This document shows positions 13,390 through 26,606 of a stretch of DNA of 64,000 nt, piece by piece. The notes under the pieces are model-generated. The model had not been told where the DNA came from and searched no databases. It worked only from the letters and a program-made list of their open reading frames with translations. The first letter of the stretch is position 1; every line of letters starts with the position of its first letter. The translations under genes were made by a program, and so were the position numbers. The stretch spans positions 132,866,001 through 132,930,000 of the forward strand of contig NC_058374.1 of the NCBI RefSeq assembly GCF_018350175.1, written 5' to 3'. Source of the DNA: Felis catus. Lineage: Eukaryota.

Positions 13390-16300
13390 TCAAAGCACCC
13401 AGCATTTAAAGAGGGTCTCAATGTTGTGTGCCTTACTACATTGCTGGGCAAAGCAAAGGGCTGGAGGCTGGAAAGACCCAGGCTGCAGGCACTCACCCTC
13501 TCTGCCTCCAGCAGGGGAGCCTGGAGCTGCCCTGCGTGCCCCCTCCCCTCCCCACCCCCCTCAGTAAGCAGCATCGGGGAATTCACTCCTTTGAGGGCTC
13601 ACTCCCTCTGGCACTTCCAACTCCTCTGCCTCAACTGGCTCCTCCCTTCCCCTCCCCAGGCTGGAACGGTACCAGCACACCCCCAGCCCAACCCAACCGC
13701 TTTTTCTTCAACTGTCCTCTCATCTCACCCTTTTTCCTGCCAGCAAAGTCACGGTCTCCCTTTCCACCTCCCCAATTACTCTCTATAGCCCCTGGGTTCT
13801 CAGTGAACCAGTCTGAGACCAGCACCTAACTGGGCAAACTGGCTGGGGCCCTGGCCTCCGTGGCCACCCTCTCCTCTCCCCAGGCCTCCATGACACCCCC
13901 CCGTCTTCTGCAGTGTCCTTTGCTTCCTGGGCCTTGGCTGTCAGCGTCCCCAGGGGCTCCTTGTCCTTGTCTTCTTCCTCCACCCTTGCCTCTAGTCACT
14001 TCATCTATCCCGGGACGGTTCAAGCCCCAGAGCGAGTTCAGATCCTAGTCCTGCTGCTTATGGCTCTTTAAGGTCCTGCCTCCTTGGATGTACCTGGCAC
14101 AGGGACATTCTCATCCTCACACGGCTGTGATGAGGGTTAGGGGGTTGTGCGTGCAAGAGATGTCAGCACACAGGAAGCGTTGGGCTCACTCCTACCTTCC
14201 GCTGATGGCTCTCTCAAAGGGGCGCCGAAGTGGCCTGGGGCCCAGCTCCTGCAGGTCTCAGCCTGTCAATCTAGTCCCCGTAAAAGGGCCAGGCAGCTCT
14301 TTCTACGACGGAAGTCTGATCGTGGCTGGGACTTTCCCCTGCTGTTGGCTCAGGGTCAAATTCCTGGCTGTGGCCTGCCGCCTTCCTCCCCAGCCTCATC
14401 TCGGGCCTCTCCTGAGTTCTCTGGCTCTAGTCCTTTGAACTCTGCAATGGGCCGAGACTCCATCCTCTGCCCGGACCACTCCTGCCCCCCTACCATCACC
14501 TGGACTCCCTAAGGCCTTAGCCATAGTTTTAATTCTCATTGCAGATACACACTTAATATATACACAGATACACACTGCTTCTCTTTCTCCATCCTAGCAT
14601 GAGTCAGTTTCAAGGTCTGATTGCTTAGGTACTTTAACGAATCCCCATTTTTGAGTGTAGAAACCAAGGCTCAGAGAGGTTGAGCACGTTGCTGAAGGAC
14701 ACCCAGCGGTCAGGTAGCAGAGCTGGGACTTGAACCCGTGACCGACTCCAGACTAACGGTGCCAGTGCCTGAAGCACGCCTCACCGGCTATCACTTCCTT
14801 TCCGAGAAACCTTAGCATGCTCACGGTCCAGCTTTGGGTCTCAACCCTTCGCTTCCGTAGCCAGTGGGTGCTCACCCAACCCTGCTTCTTCACTGGGTCA
14901 CAGCATCTTCTGGTTCCCAGAGCACCTGTGAAGGCTTCTCTCCTAGCACCTGCGTACCTGTCTGTCTCCACCCCCCAGCCTTCTTGAGGACAGGAACTGC
15001 GTGTTTTACATCTGCATCCCCACCTCTAACCCTGGCTCACACTAGGTGCTCACTAAATGCTGAACAATAGACTGCTTGGGAACAACAGTGTTGATTCTCA
15101 CGGTCACTCAGCAAAAACGTTTTGTTCATTTTGTTCCTGTATCCTGCCTTAGCCCTCTGGGGCCCGGACCCTTGGCCACGGAGGCTTTCCAGGGCTGGAG
15201 GGCCCTAGCTTGAGACTCCCCGAATTCCTGCCCTGGAACTGGTGTCCTGGGTTTCCAAAGTCTGTTTGTGATATTCCCACGTCCCTGTCCACTCACGAGA
15301 GAGAGAGACACCGACACCTCATGAGAATACAAGCCACCACTTACTGTGTGCTCACCGGGTGTCAGGCTCCCGATGACACCTTGCATGCCCTCTCACATTT
15401 AACCCTCAACAGCCCAAGGAGGCAGCTCTTTATCTCTATCTCCAGCTCACAGATGGGGAAAGCAAGACACGCAAAGCTTCAATCACTTGCCCCATGCCCG
15501 TCGCCGCCCCACTGCCCCTTTCAAAGGCAACTAGACTTGACTGACCTGACTTGGGGAAATGGTCTCTCTCTCCCAGTCCCTCTACCTTTCTGGAAAATAT
15601 CCCTTCATCCATTCACTCCGCAATGAAATGTCTACTATTGGTGCGAGTCACGGCTCTGATGAACAAGGGCTTCCCTCTTGCCCTCCATCTGTGACCCTAT
15701 AACACACCATTTGCCAACATCCAGATGTGTGACTGGGAGTTAGGTCAAAGCTGCAATATCTTAGAGATCCCAGAGGACCCTTTGTCCCATCCACCCGGCA
15801 GAGCCCTGACATTTGGGGCAGTGCTCCTTGCCAGGGGTCTCAGACCTACAAAGGAACCATGGATGTGTGCCTGTCCCACTTCTCCAACCCCCCCTCCCCC
15901 ACCATTGTCACGGGAGCACTGGGAACAGGAATGAGTGCTCTGAGTCTGGAAGTCAAGAAAAGACCCAGAAGAGTCTGGGGAAGCTGATCTGAAAGGCAGG
16001 CCCCCCCGGGGGCCTCCCCCCTTCTGTCCTAAAAATAATATTCTGTAGAGCAGGAGGGTCAGGAGGGATACGAAAGGTCACCTAGTCTTCCAGCTGGAAA
16101 TGTCACCAAATAGATTTATTTGGGTCACAAAATTCTTTCTTTATCGAGCAAAGTAGGGCAGCCTGGAAGAGTGGAAAGAACACACGTTTTGGTGTAAGAC
16201 AGATATGCGTTCCACCGCGAGCTTCCCAGCTGCCTGGCTCAGTATCAGAGAAATTAGCAAACCTCTCTCAGTCTTGGATTTCTCATCTGTAAGATGGGGA

Positions 16301-16983
16301 TAACGATGCCTACCGAGCAGGGCCACTGGGCCTGGACATAATACAACGTTTGTAAAGTCGTCAGTCCAAATGGCTGGCACACCAGAGGCGCTTCATAAAG
16401 GCGGCTGTAAGTGCTGGGGCCGCTGCACTGGAGCGTGAGGGAGACAATTGAGGAGTTTCTTCCTCCAGCCCTGGGGGATCCAGCCCCAGCCTAAGAGCCC
16501 AGGCTCCACACCACCATTGGTCCTAAGTCTTAAGCCTCCCTCCTTGAGGCCCCCAACTGGGCCCTCCCTTTCCCGGAAGCCCTAGGGCTCACCGTCCCTC
16601 AGTGCTGCGGGGCTCCCCATGTCACAGGGAAGTCTTCCCTCATCTGAGTGGAGACCTTAGGCCTCTGGAAAACAGCCTTCTTCTGGAACACGCGGAACAT
16701 GCTCCTAACTGAGCTGAAGCAGGGAGGCAGCAGGGTAGTTGCTCAGGCAGAAGCCGGAAGCCACGGTGACCCTTCTCTTCACACCCTACGTGAGCAGTGA
16801 CTCTAGCTCCAAAGACTTCCAGGATCTGACCACTTCCTCCCTCCACTGCCGCCTCCCCTGGTTTGAGCCCCTGTCCCCCATGGGGTCCTGCAACAGCTTC
16901 CCAACCAACCTCCCTGCTTTAGCGCTTGGTGCATTCGGTTCTGCTCAAGCCAGACCGACCCTGCGACAATGGAATTCAGGGAG

Positions 16984-17139
16984 GGACCCTTTTCACGAAG
17001 ACGGAGCAGAAAGGGAAGAGGAAAACCCCGGCTCCTCCTAAAGCCGAAGCCGAAGCAAAGGCGTTGAAGGCCGAGAAGGTGGCACGGAATGGTGTCCACA
17101 GCCACCAAAAAGGAGAAGGTCCGCATGTCGCCCACTCCG
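16984..17139 (+). pseudogene. RPL23A: RPL23A processed pseudogene fragment (5' end only)
   Basis: Begins ggacccttttcacgaagACG (RPL23A 5'TOP-like leader with ATG changed to ACG). Translates ...[25 protein letters not shown], against RPL23A [25 protein letters not shown]. Similarity stops after ~45 codons. Confidence 0.88.
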
Positions 17140-17749
17140 TGTAAAAGAGCAACGCCCTCCCTCCCACCACACTCCCTTCCCTCCATCCTCCCACCTGCAG
17201 GAGGGCTCCCAGCTCGCCTCACCACCTGCGTCAGCCCCCACTAGATGACACAACTTGATCCTTCTGTTCCCTGCAACACCAGTGGCAGTGCCCTGCACGT
17301 TAGAGACCCCTGAGGAGGACTGGATGCGTGAATCAATGAGTGGATGGTAACTGCTCCTCAACGCCCACCCCCTCCTGCTGGATGCCCCGTTAGTCCCCAC
17401 AACAGCCCCAGGCGGAGGTTAGGAAACTTGCCAGAGGGCAGAAGTCCTTCAGTGGTGCAACTGGAACTGGGGGTCCCCGGGGGCCTGACTCCCAACGCTC
17501 CTTGGCTTCGCCTGGCACCTGGACACGCTGCGGGCAGGGGCCTCACGGATTCCAGAAGGTGTGGGTCGCGCCCCCAGATCTGGTGAGAGACAAGAGAAGC
17601 AAACGGGTACATTAAACAGCAGTGCCCGGCAAATAACTGGTGCCAGTAAATACGATTTGTTGTTGAAAGGGTTAGGAGCCCCAACAGCAGTGTGCAGACA
17701 TTTCTGTGCGGCCCAAAGGAGGCGCCTGTGCTGGACGCCCGAGGAGGAA

Positions 17750-18950
17750 GGTGCTGGAAAAGACGTCCGGAGGGAACAACCGCGGTGGACCTTCAAGGGT
17801 AGGAGTTTGCCGCGAGCCGAAGGGCCCGCGGAGCAGGAAGAGCCCCGAGGGGTGAAAAGAAAGCGATCTGAGAAAAATGGGACTTGAGGAGCTTTGACAG
17901 CCATGACAGAGAATAGTAGTAGTGTCAGACTTCCCCAGGTGTCCCCACGGCCCCAGCCCGAGATCGGCAGTGGGTGCTGGGGTCTGACCTGACCGCCTGA
18001 CAGGTTACGAGGCTGGCAGCGGGTGGGGGTCGGCCCGACGCAGCCCGGTCGCTGGACGGCGAGGCCACCCGGGTGCCAGTCCGCCGCCCCACTCCCGCCC
18101 ACGGCGCGGTCGCTCTCCGGGTGGGCGGGGCCCGAACGGACTCTGCAGACCGGTCCCCGGGGGACGTCACGCAAGGAGGCGGGACCGAACCCGCCTGAGG
18201 GGGCGTGGCCCGACGAGGCTCCTGGCCCCGCCCCGAGAGAGGCCTCGGCCGCGAAGAACGGAAGTCCTTCCGCCTCCGCCCGCCCCCACGCTCCCTTCAG
18301 TCCCTCCCCTCAGCTCCGTGCGCAAGGTCGTGTCCCGGAAGTGAAGGGGCCATGTTGGTGGGTGACCCCGGGAAAGGTACCGGGCGAGAGGCGAATCGCG
18401 AGGAGTGGTAGCGCGCGCAGTCCGCGGGTGAGTGCGGGGAGGAGCCGGGGCCCGGGGCTCGCCGAGCCTCTGCGCAGGGCCGCGCTGGCGCCCCCCACCC
18501 CAACCCGGCCAGCGGGGGTCTCGCCCAGACCGCTCTAGTGGCCGCGCCCCAGCCTCCGGAGGCCTCCCGGGGCCCCCCCGAGCCGGCCTGCCCCAGCCCA
18601 GGCCCTCCCCATCCCGCCTCGGCCCGGCCCCTAGGGTCGAGGCAGGAACTGGGGACCGACCAGGGCTCAGTCGCCCAATCGCGGATCGACCTTGCAGTAA
18701 CAGCCCTCGCGTGACAATCGCCTCCAACCTCATAAAGCACTTTTCCTGTTGATTTTCTGGGTTCATCTCTCCCATTCCGGGAGGCCCTTGGGGCCGAGGG
18801 GAGCTCTTCTACAATTGAGGAAAAAAGGACAGGGACAGTGGCTTTGCTCGAGCTCGCGCAGAAAGTTGGTGAGGCCGACGCTGATGGCTAACTGACTTCG
18901 GGCCCAAAGTTCAGATCTTTTTACCAAGTACCTCCCCCATTCGATCTCAT
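17750..18950 (+). promoter_or_regulatory. MIEF1/MIURF CpG-island promoter and non-coding exon 1 (donor after 18427)
   Basis: Dense CpG, GC boxes, CRE-like gacgtcac at 18163-18170, ETS motifs cggaagt (~18259 and ~18336), donor cgg|gtgagt at 18428. Confidence 0.85.
18352..18411 (+). CDS. Candidate 19-aa uORF in MIEF1 exon 1 (MLVGDPGKGTGREANREEW*)
   Basis: ggggccATGt (G at -3) just after an ETS motif; in-frame TAG at 18409-18411. Depends on the TSS lying upstream of 18352. Confidence 0.45.
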   Translation: MLVGDPGKGTGREANREEW

Positions 18951-20111
18951 TTCTTTATTTTTGAAATAGGGGTGACCATTTCTCCCACATAGGGACTTTG
19001 CTTCTTTCATCCAACTTATTTTTTGAGGCCCTTATGTGTGCCAAGCGCTGTGCTGGGAAAGTTTGTAGAGCACCCCTGTCCTACGTGGTAAGGCCCCAGC
19101 GAATGGTAATTGTCCTTACAGAGGCAGGCAGAGTTGGGGGCAGGAATGCAGCCCCCCTTTCCAGCTATGTGCCTGTGGGCAAGTTACTTCCCTGTGGGAG
19201 CTTCAGTTTCCCCCACTTAAAATGGGGATGAGGACGCTGGGGTTGTTGACAGAATGAGACGCGTAATTCTGTGGAATGTGCCTGAAACATGCCTGATACA
19301 TAGTAAACCCTCAGTAAGTGTTCACTGTCAACGTTAGGACCCCTGACCACCTCCTAGGTTTCTTCATTTAAATGTAATGGATGACAAAGCATTTTATAAA
19401 TGACACTCAGTATTTGTGTAAAGGTTCATTGTTACTGAAGGCAGATGGTGGCGGTTCACGCAAAACTGAATCTACTACTTATTGGGCTGGGGGCCACTAG
19501 GAATAGCCGGCCGTGATAGCATGCTTCTTTGTAGGCGCCAAGCACTATTCTAGACCCATTTACATACATTAAGTCATTTAATCCTCGTACCAACCGAATG
19601 GGCAGAATACAGTCTTGCTCCTCATTGTACAAGTGGAGAACTGAGGTTAGCACAGAGAGGTTAAGAAACTTGCCAGGGTAATCACTGCATCAGCGGTGGT
19701 GCCAGGATTCAAGTGTGGCTGAGAGACCTTGCCTTCAACCACTCTAGACCACCCCCCGTAGTGGAATTCTATTAGAGATGCTATATGTGCGTTATCTCAT
19801 GCAGTTCTCAAAATAACCCCATGTGGTAGGTACTCTTTAACATGTAATGTCATCCGCATTTTTTTTTTTTTTTTTTTACCACCGAGGAACCTGATGCTCA
19901 GAAGAGTTAAGTACGTTGCCCGGAATCATATGGCCGGTAAACGGCAGAGCCAGGATTCAAGCCCTGGCCCTTCAGCATAACCTGTACTTTCCCAGAGAGG
20001 ACACTGGGAGGCTGGGGTCTACTTCTAGCCCTGCCACTAAGTCATAATGTGACCTTGGGATCTCTGAGACCCAGATTAAGAACCCCTGCGTTTTAGATAG
20101 TCTCTATATAG

Positions 20112-20408
<297 letters not shown>

Positions 20409-22921
20409 GATCCCCTCCTTTCCCCTCTCCTCCTAATTCCAAGGGAAAGAGTTCAAAGGTGTCTTCATAGACACTCCTGCTCTTTCCCATCCCTACCTCA
20501 CAGATGCAGTAAGCAGTCTCAGGTAGGTAGACACTTAATCCTATAGGTTTCTTTCTTTCTTTTTCTTTTTTCTTTTTGATGCAGGGGGCCAGGAGAGGGG
20601 ACAGTTTCTTTTCAGTGACCATAGTCTTTCAGTCATTAGAAATCAATGGAGGAATTAGAGACATTAACAGAAGTAGGTTTCCTTATTGAGAAAAAATAGG
20701 CCTTGCGTTTCAAGGCCCGCCAGAAGAAAATTATTGTCACCATTTTATTTCCTGGAACATTTTACTTCTGAAAATGTTACAGAAGATCCTGGTTAAAAGT
20801 ATTAGAGCTCACTTCCAGGCTGGCTCACTCTCAGTGGATTGCGTTACCTTATGGGTCAAGATCACATTCCCCAGACATGACTATATTCTGTTACAACACG
20901 GCCTACAAAGCAAGCATAGTGTGTGTGGACTTCAAGGGACCGTGTCTGGGTTCAAGTCCTGGCTCTGGTGCTAATAGCGGTGGGACTTAGGGCGAATTGC
21001 TAGACTTTTCCAAGCTCCCATCTCCTCATTTATAATGGAGAGAACAGTACCTACTTTGTGCGGTCATTTTGAGAATCCAGTGAGACTGCGCACACACAGC
21101 ACTTGGAACGGTTCTCAGTAGGTGGTAGGTTAGCTCTGTTTACTCCTGATACCAGTGTTAACAAGAAGTCCCTCCATAACCTAGTGATTATATTTAGTTC
21201 GGCAACTTTTCCAGAGGGCCTTCTATGGCCCTGGCGTGTTCCGGCAGGCTCTGGGATAAAGGTGAACGATACGGTTCATCGAGGGACTTGGTCTGATGTG
21301 GAGATGAACGGAAAGTAATTCCAGGGGGAGCAACTCTGTGCCAGGGGGTCACATAAAGAGCTTAGAGATGGGGACGAGGACGTAATTCTGCCTGAGGAGG
21401 GAGGCGGTAGGGGGGGTCATAGGTGGCTATAGAAAAGGGCCGTTTGAGGTCCGCCTCAAATGAGAAATAGAAGCTTGCCATGCAGATGGCCAGGAACGGG
21501 CAAATATCGCGGTGGGAACGGTAGTCTGGAAACTTGAGTCTGCTGTGGCGGGCACAGCACGCCTGTGAGGCGAGTGGCCGGAGTTGAGGCCGGGCCGAGT
21601 CTGCAAGGAGACTGACCCCCCTGGCGAAGAGATTGTGACATCCGATAGGAGGGGGACGGTCACGGCTCTGGAAAGCAGGGGAATGGCACAGAAGAGGGAT
21701 CGTGGCCGTGGCCGTGGCCGTGTGGAGAACAAGCTGCCGATGAGAGAGCGGAGGCAGCAAGTCCGGCCGGACGACCCTGAGCGACTGGGGTGGTGGGGCA
21801 GCTGCGCTTCCATAGTGTGCGCGGCAGCGGGGCTCGGTGGCCAGTTGGCCGAGGCTGGAGGTGGAGAGAGAAAAACGAAGGATAACTGGGGTATAAGGCT
21901 TGCCGGCTGGGCGAGGGTGCTGTTTTCCATAGAGGGGGAAAGCGGGCGGGGGGAGCGGGGAGCCTTATGTAACGGCTTTCGGTTCTCCTCGGCCACTTAG
22001 GTTGACTGCAGACTCGCCTTCGGCAGGGGAGGGCCAGGGGAGGGTTGATGCCCGCGGGAGCCTGCCTGCGCCGGGAAGGGTAGCGGATCCGAAAGAGAAA
22101 TCGTTACTGAGTCCATCTGTTTTCCCTGTGAGTTGGGTTACAGATTGCCTTCACCACCTCCTCAAAAAACCAGAAATCCGCCCCCCCCCCCCCCCGCCCC
22201 CGTAGGGTTAACGGCTCATTTGTGCCGCAGATACGATATGATCTATGTGTCAACAGTGCTGGCCCTTGGGACACGGCAGCGAATGTGCCAAAATGCCTCC
22301 AAGAAGGTTAAGGTCTTCTGGCTCATAAGATGTGAACGAGGCGGGGTGGCAGGCCTTAGGACTCCTCTGCACTACTCTCCGGCAGACGAGCTCTGGGTTC
22401 GGATTCTGGCCGCGCAGCTTACCGACACGATAACCTTGGGCCAGTGACTTAACCTCTGCCTCCGCTTCTTCATCTGTACGTTGGAGGTAACCCTGCGACC
22501 CCATGGTGGCGGCGTAAGGATTCGGGAATTAACACGTGTAACGTGCCCGGCACGGTGACTCAGCGAGTGTCAGTTGGCCTCGTGTGCGCTCGAGCCAGAC
22601 ATGTTGAAGTCCTGTGGCTTTCTCAAGTAAGAGAAGTTGAGATTTTCACGGTTCTGTGCGGTCTGCCTCCGAAGCTGCAGGGCCACCGTTCCGCCTCATC
22701 CCCGCTCCATCGGGGCAATGAGTATGTCCGTTCCCGTTTTTGTACCTGGGGCGACAGGTTAAATAACTGGCCCGCAAATGCCACCGGCGCTGAGACCTTC
22801 CATCCCCAGCCCTGCCTGCCATGTCAGTGCTCCTCCTCCTTCTTTGTCCTCGTCTTTTTAAAAAACGTTTCCATTAGTTTTTAGTGTAGGGCTCAGTAGC
22901 AGTAAGAGTATTCACACCGTT

Positions 22922-23139
22922 GGGGCACTCGCAGGGCTCAGTTGGTTAAGCATCTGACTCGATCTCAGCTCCGGTCACGGTCTCGCGGTTCCTGGGATCA
23001 GGTCTCACGTTGGGCTCCGTGCTGACTGTGTGGAGCCTGCTTGGGACTGTCTCTCCCTCTCTCTGCCCCTTCCCTGCTCATGGGCACGTGCTCGCTCTCT
23101 CTCTCTCAAAATAAATAAACTTAAAAAAAAAAAAAAAAG
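22922..23139 (+). mobile_element. Can-SINE in MIEF1 intron 2
   Basis: SINE body; degenerate TSD aagagtattcacaccgtt / aagaatattcacattgtt. Confidence 0.9.
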
Positions 23140-24121
23140 AATATTCACATTGTTGCATAACAGATCTCCAAAACGTTTTCATCTTGAAAAACTGAAACTC
23201 TAAACCCAGTAACCAACAGTTCTCTTCCTTGATGGCACTGAGGAGCCAGGCTCCCCCACCCCCCACCCCCCTCCCCCTTCCCCGTCATGCCAGGTGGATT
23301 CTTGTGTCCTAATAGGCAGGCTAAGTCACAGAACCTGAGTAGACAACGTACGGTAGATAAGCAGTCTCGACTGAAACAAGTTAGGTTTTAGAACAAGAGC
23401 TTTTATCTCGCTGTTGAAGCTCATGGACATTCTCTCTTCTCCCTGGTCACCGGTGGCATCACCTGGTCCACATATGGGGGGAGCACACGGCACTAGACAA
23501 GGGAGAGCCTTCTCACAAGCTGCCAACTTAATGGTCTGGGTCTGAAGTGTGGAAGAGCATCAGTGTGAGCTTTAGAGGCCATTTCTTAGCTCTATCTCAG
23601 AAGGTAGGATGTAACTGAGAGGACAGTCTGGATTGCTGCCTGCCTTCTGGAAGGTGACCTTTTGTCCTGTGAATGGAAATCGTAAAAGACTTCACGATAG
23701 CTCGTACTTGTGGGGTACTCTTCCAGTTTATAAAGCGTTCACATTCAGTATTGTTGTAGATGTTTTTTCCTCACTACACAACCTTCTGATTCAGGCCACG
23801 CGGGGGTAGTTATCCCCTTTTCGTAGCTGGGGTGGTTAAGTAACTCAGCTAATAAGTCAGGGCTCAAAGGCAAGTACTCGTCCTCAGAGTTTCCGGCTTG
23901 AGAACTCAGGCTCTTTTCTGTTATGCCACATCACTGCTTCGTTCTTACCAGTCATCAGATGGGCCCTGGGTTAAATGGCCCGGGGAGGCTCCTTCTGGCT
24001 TTCACTTGGGTGGAGGACATCCCCTTCTGGTCCTGCTGCCTCACGTTCAAGGAGGTGCCTGCATCCAGTGTTTCTATTATAAACATATCAGTAAAGGTTC
24101 TTTTGTTTAAAAGAAAGAAAA

Positions 24122-24315
24122 TGGGTGTGTGGGTGGCTGGGTCAGTTAAGCGTCCAACTCTTGATCTGGGCTCAAGTCTTGATCTTCCAGTTTGTGGGAT
24201 TGAGCCCCACGTCGGGCTCTGCACTGATACCGTGGAGTCTGCTTGGGATTCCGTGTCTCCTCTCTCTGCCCCTTTCTTGCTCTCTTTCTCAAAAACTAAC
24301 TAAATAAATAGAAAA
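24122..24315 (+). mobile_element. Older Can-SINE
   Basis: Diverged SINE body with an A-rich tail. Confidence 0.8.
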
Positions 24316-25100
24316 CACTGGTCATTGTTATGTGTGGGGAACACGTGTGTAAAGTTCTACTCTGTTCTGATTGAATTACTCTGCTTTGGCCAAGTTTGAT
24401 CTGTGCCATCTCTGTCTCAGTGGCCACTGGAGGGACGATGAGTAGTGTTGTTCCCTGACCCCACCTGTAATGTATAGTTTAACTCTTCCCCTTGGCCTTG
24501 CTTGCTCTGTGCAAGTGGGAATGTATTTCATTTGGCCAAGTAGTCTCCCATTATGTCCCTAAGCCCGAAGCTTCTGTTGACCGGAAAAGGTAGAGAAAAG
24601 TGCCACCAAAGTTGTGAACTCTGGTTAGGGAAAAATATTTTTGGACTTGACAATGACTCTTAGTTANNNNNNNNNNNNNNNNNNNNNNNNNNNNNNNNNN
24701 NNNNNNNNNNNNNNNNNNNNNNNNNNNNNNNNNNNNNNNNNNNNNNNNNNNNNNNNNNNNNNNNNNNNNNNNNNNNNNNNNNNNNNNNNNNNNNNNNNNN
24801 NNNNNNNNNNNNNNNNNNNNNNNNNNNNNNNNNNNNNNNNNNNNNNNNNNNNNNNNNNNNNNNNNNNNNNNNNNNNNNNNNNNNNNNNNNNNNNNNNNNN
24901 NNNNNNNNNNNNNNNNNNNNNNNNNNNNNNNNNNNNNNNNNNNNNNNNNNNNNNNNNNNNNNNNNNNNNNNNNNNNNNNNNNNNNNNNNNNNNNNNNNNN
25001 NNNNNNNNNNNNNNNNNNNNNNNNNNNNNNNNNNNNGCAAGGGCCAGAAGAGGTGAAGCCAGCAATACCTAGTTGTAGCAGTATTAGAAAGAAGGTTACT

Positions 25101-25309
25101 GGGGCGTCTGGGTGGCTCAGTCGGTTAAGCGTCTGACTTTGGCTTATGTCATGATCTTGCGGTTCATGGGTTTGAGCCCCGTGTCGGGCTCTGTGCTGAC
25201 AGCTCGGAGCCTGGAGCCTGCTTCCGATTCTGTGTCTCCCTCGTTCTCTGCCCTTTCCCCATTCATGCTCTGTCTCTGTCTCAAAACTAAACATTTAAAA
25301 AAGAAAGAA
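25101..25309 (+). mobile_element. Can-SINE with perfect 15-bp TSD
   Basis: agaaagaaggttact at 25086-25100 and 25310-25324. Confidence 0.95.
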
Positions 25310-25692
25310 AGAAAGAAGGTTACTTACACTGGAAGATGCACCCAGGGATCCTGTCTCTGTCTCCTCCCATCCTGGGCATGTTGGGACCCCGAGTGGTGCA
25401 CAGCTGGCTTTCCCTGTGTAATTCCTGGGGTGGTGGACGCGGGAGGTCGGAGAGCAGCAGTGGTAAGAGCAGCGCTCAGATCTGCACCGCTTTGCCATCC
25501 TTCCTCTGTGTCGGACCCACGGTTCTCACAGGCTTATGTGGGGACGCGGGGAACTTCAGTCAGGATGACTTCATTGTTGCCGGGGAGCAAGTGTGTGCTC
25601 CCCTTGCCGGGGCTCTGTACGAGAGGCCGCCTCTTTGGTCTTGAGCCCATGAGCTCCTTTTTAGTTCATTTTTCAAGTGCATTTGGGTAGAT

Positions 25693-25694
<2 letters not shown>

Positions 25695-25728
<34 letters not shown>
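25695..25728. repeat. (TG)n microsatellite
   Basis: Pure TG run. Confidence 0.95.
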
Positions 25729-25732
<4 letters not shown>

Positions 25733-26292
25733 CCAGTTAACAGCCAAGCCTACAGCGTCCTTGGGGTTTACACTCCGTGTCACCGTGCCAGCCTCCCCTG
25801 AACTCCTCGTGCCCCCCCGCCACCCGAACACTTTCCCCAAGAAGCAAAGCATTTGTCAAGTGGGAGTGTCCACAGAGTTATTTTTCCCTTTGGACCTTTC
25901 TCATGTGTGGACTTGAGGTTATGTCTCCGTGTGCAGTAGTCTGGTCCATGTTGTTACTATTTTTTTAACGGTTTATTTTTTTTGCAGAAAGTAGAGTGGG
26001 AAAGTTCGGTGTGGGTAAAGGGTGAACATGATGGTAGGAAAAGCAGCCTAGTAGGAGCTGGAGTCCTGAGTTGTGGAGGCGACTCTGCCACTCCCTGTCT
26101 CTGGGACCCCTGGCAGGTCACCTCACTATGTGTGAAGTGACGCCATGGGACTGGATGAGCATCTGCTAACCTAGTCTATTAGGTTAGACCTTCTCAGGTC
26201 TCACCTTACAGGAAGTGGTAGCCAAAGGATCAAAACAATCTACGCTACCGTGGTGGGAAGGGAGAGGGAGAGGGTTGAAGTGCATGGTAGGG

Positions 26293-26345
26293 TAATATAA
26301 TATAATATAATATAATATAATATAATATAACATAATATAACATAA
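26293..26345. repeat. (TATAA)n pentanucleotide microsatellite
   Basis: About ten units, the last ones varying to CATAA. Confidence 0.95.
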
Positions 26346-26383
26346 GAAGGGATTGATGGACACTGAGCTAAGGCTTTCTCTTT

Positions 26384-26606
26384 TTTTTTTTTTTTTAATT
26401 TTTTTTTAATGTTTATTTATTTTTGAGACAGAGAGAGACAGAGCATGAACAGGGGAGGGGCAGAGAGGGAGACACAGAATCGGAAGCAGGCTCCAGGCTC
26501 TGAGCCATCAGCCCAGAGCTCGATGCGGGGCTCGAACTCACGGACCGCGAGATCATGACCTGAGCTGAAGTCGGATGCTTAACTGACTGAGCCACCCAGG
26601 CGCCCC
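26384..26606 (-). mobile_element. Antisense Can-SINE with 14-bp TSD, ~275 nt upstream of MIEF1 exon 3
   Basis: aaggctttctcttt at 26370-26383 and 26607-26620. Confidence 0.95.

Noticed and set aside
17236-17252. CTCF-like ccactagatgacac
   Set aside because: It mismatches the conserved GGC of the core; not convincing without ChIP data.
17430-17530. Possible 3' continuation of the RPL23A pseudogene
   Set aside because: Similarity is too weak to support by eye.
17449-18775. Several 150-240 aa ORFs across the MIEF1 promoter
   Set aside because: Pro/Gly/Arg-rich products typical of stop-poor CpG islands.
24551-25294. 247-aa minus-strand ORF
   Set aside because: Made of antisense SINE sequence plus an N gap.
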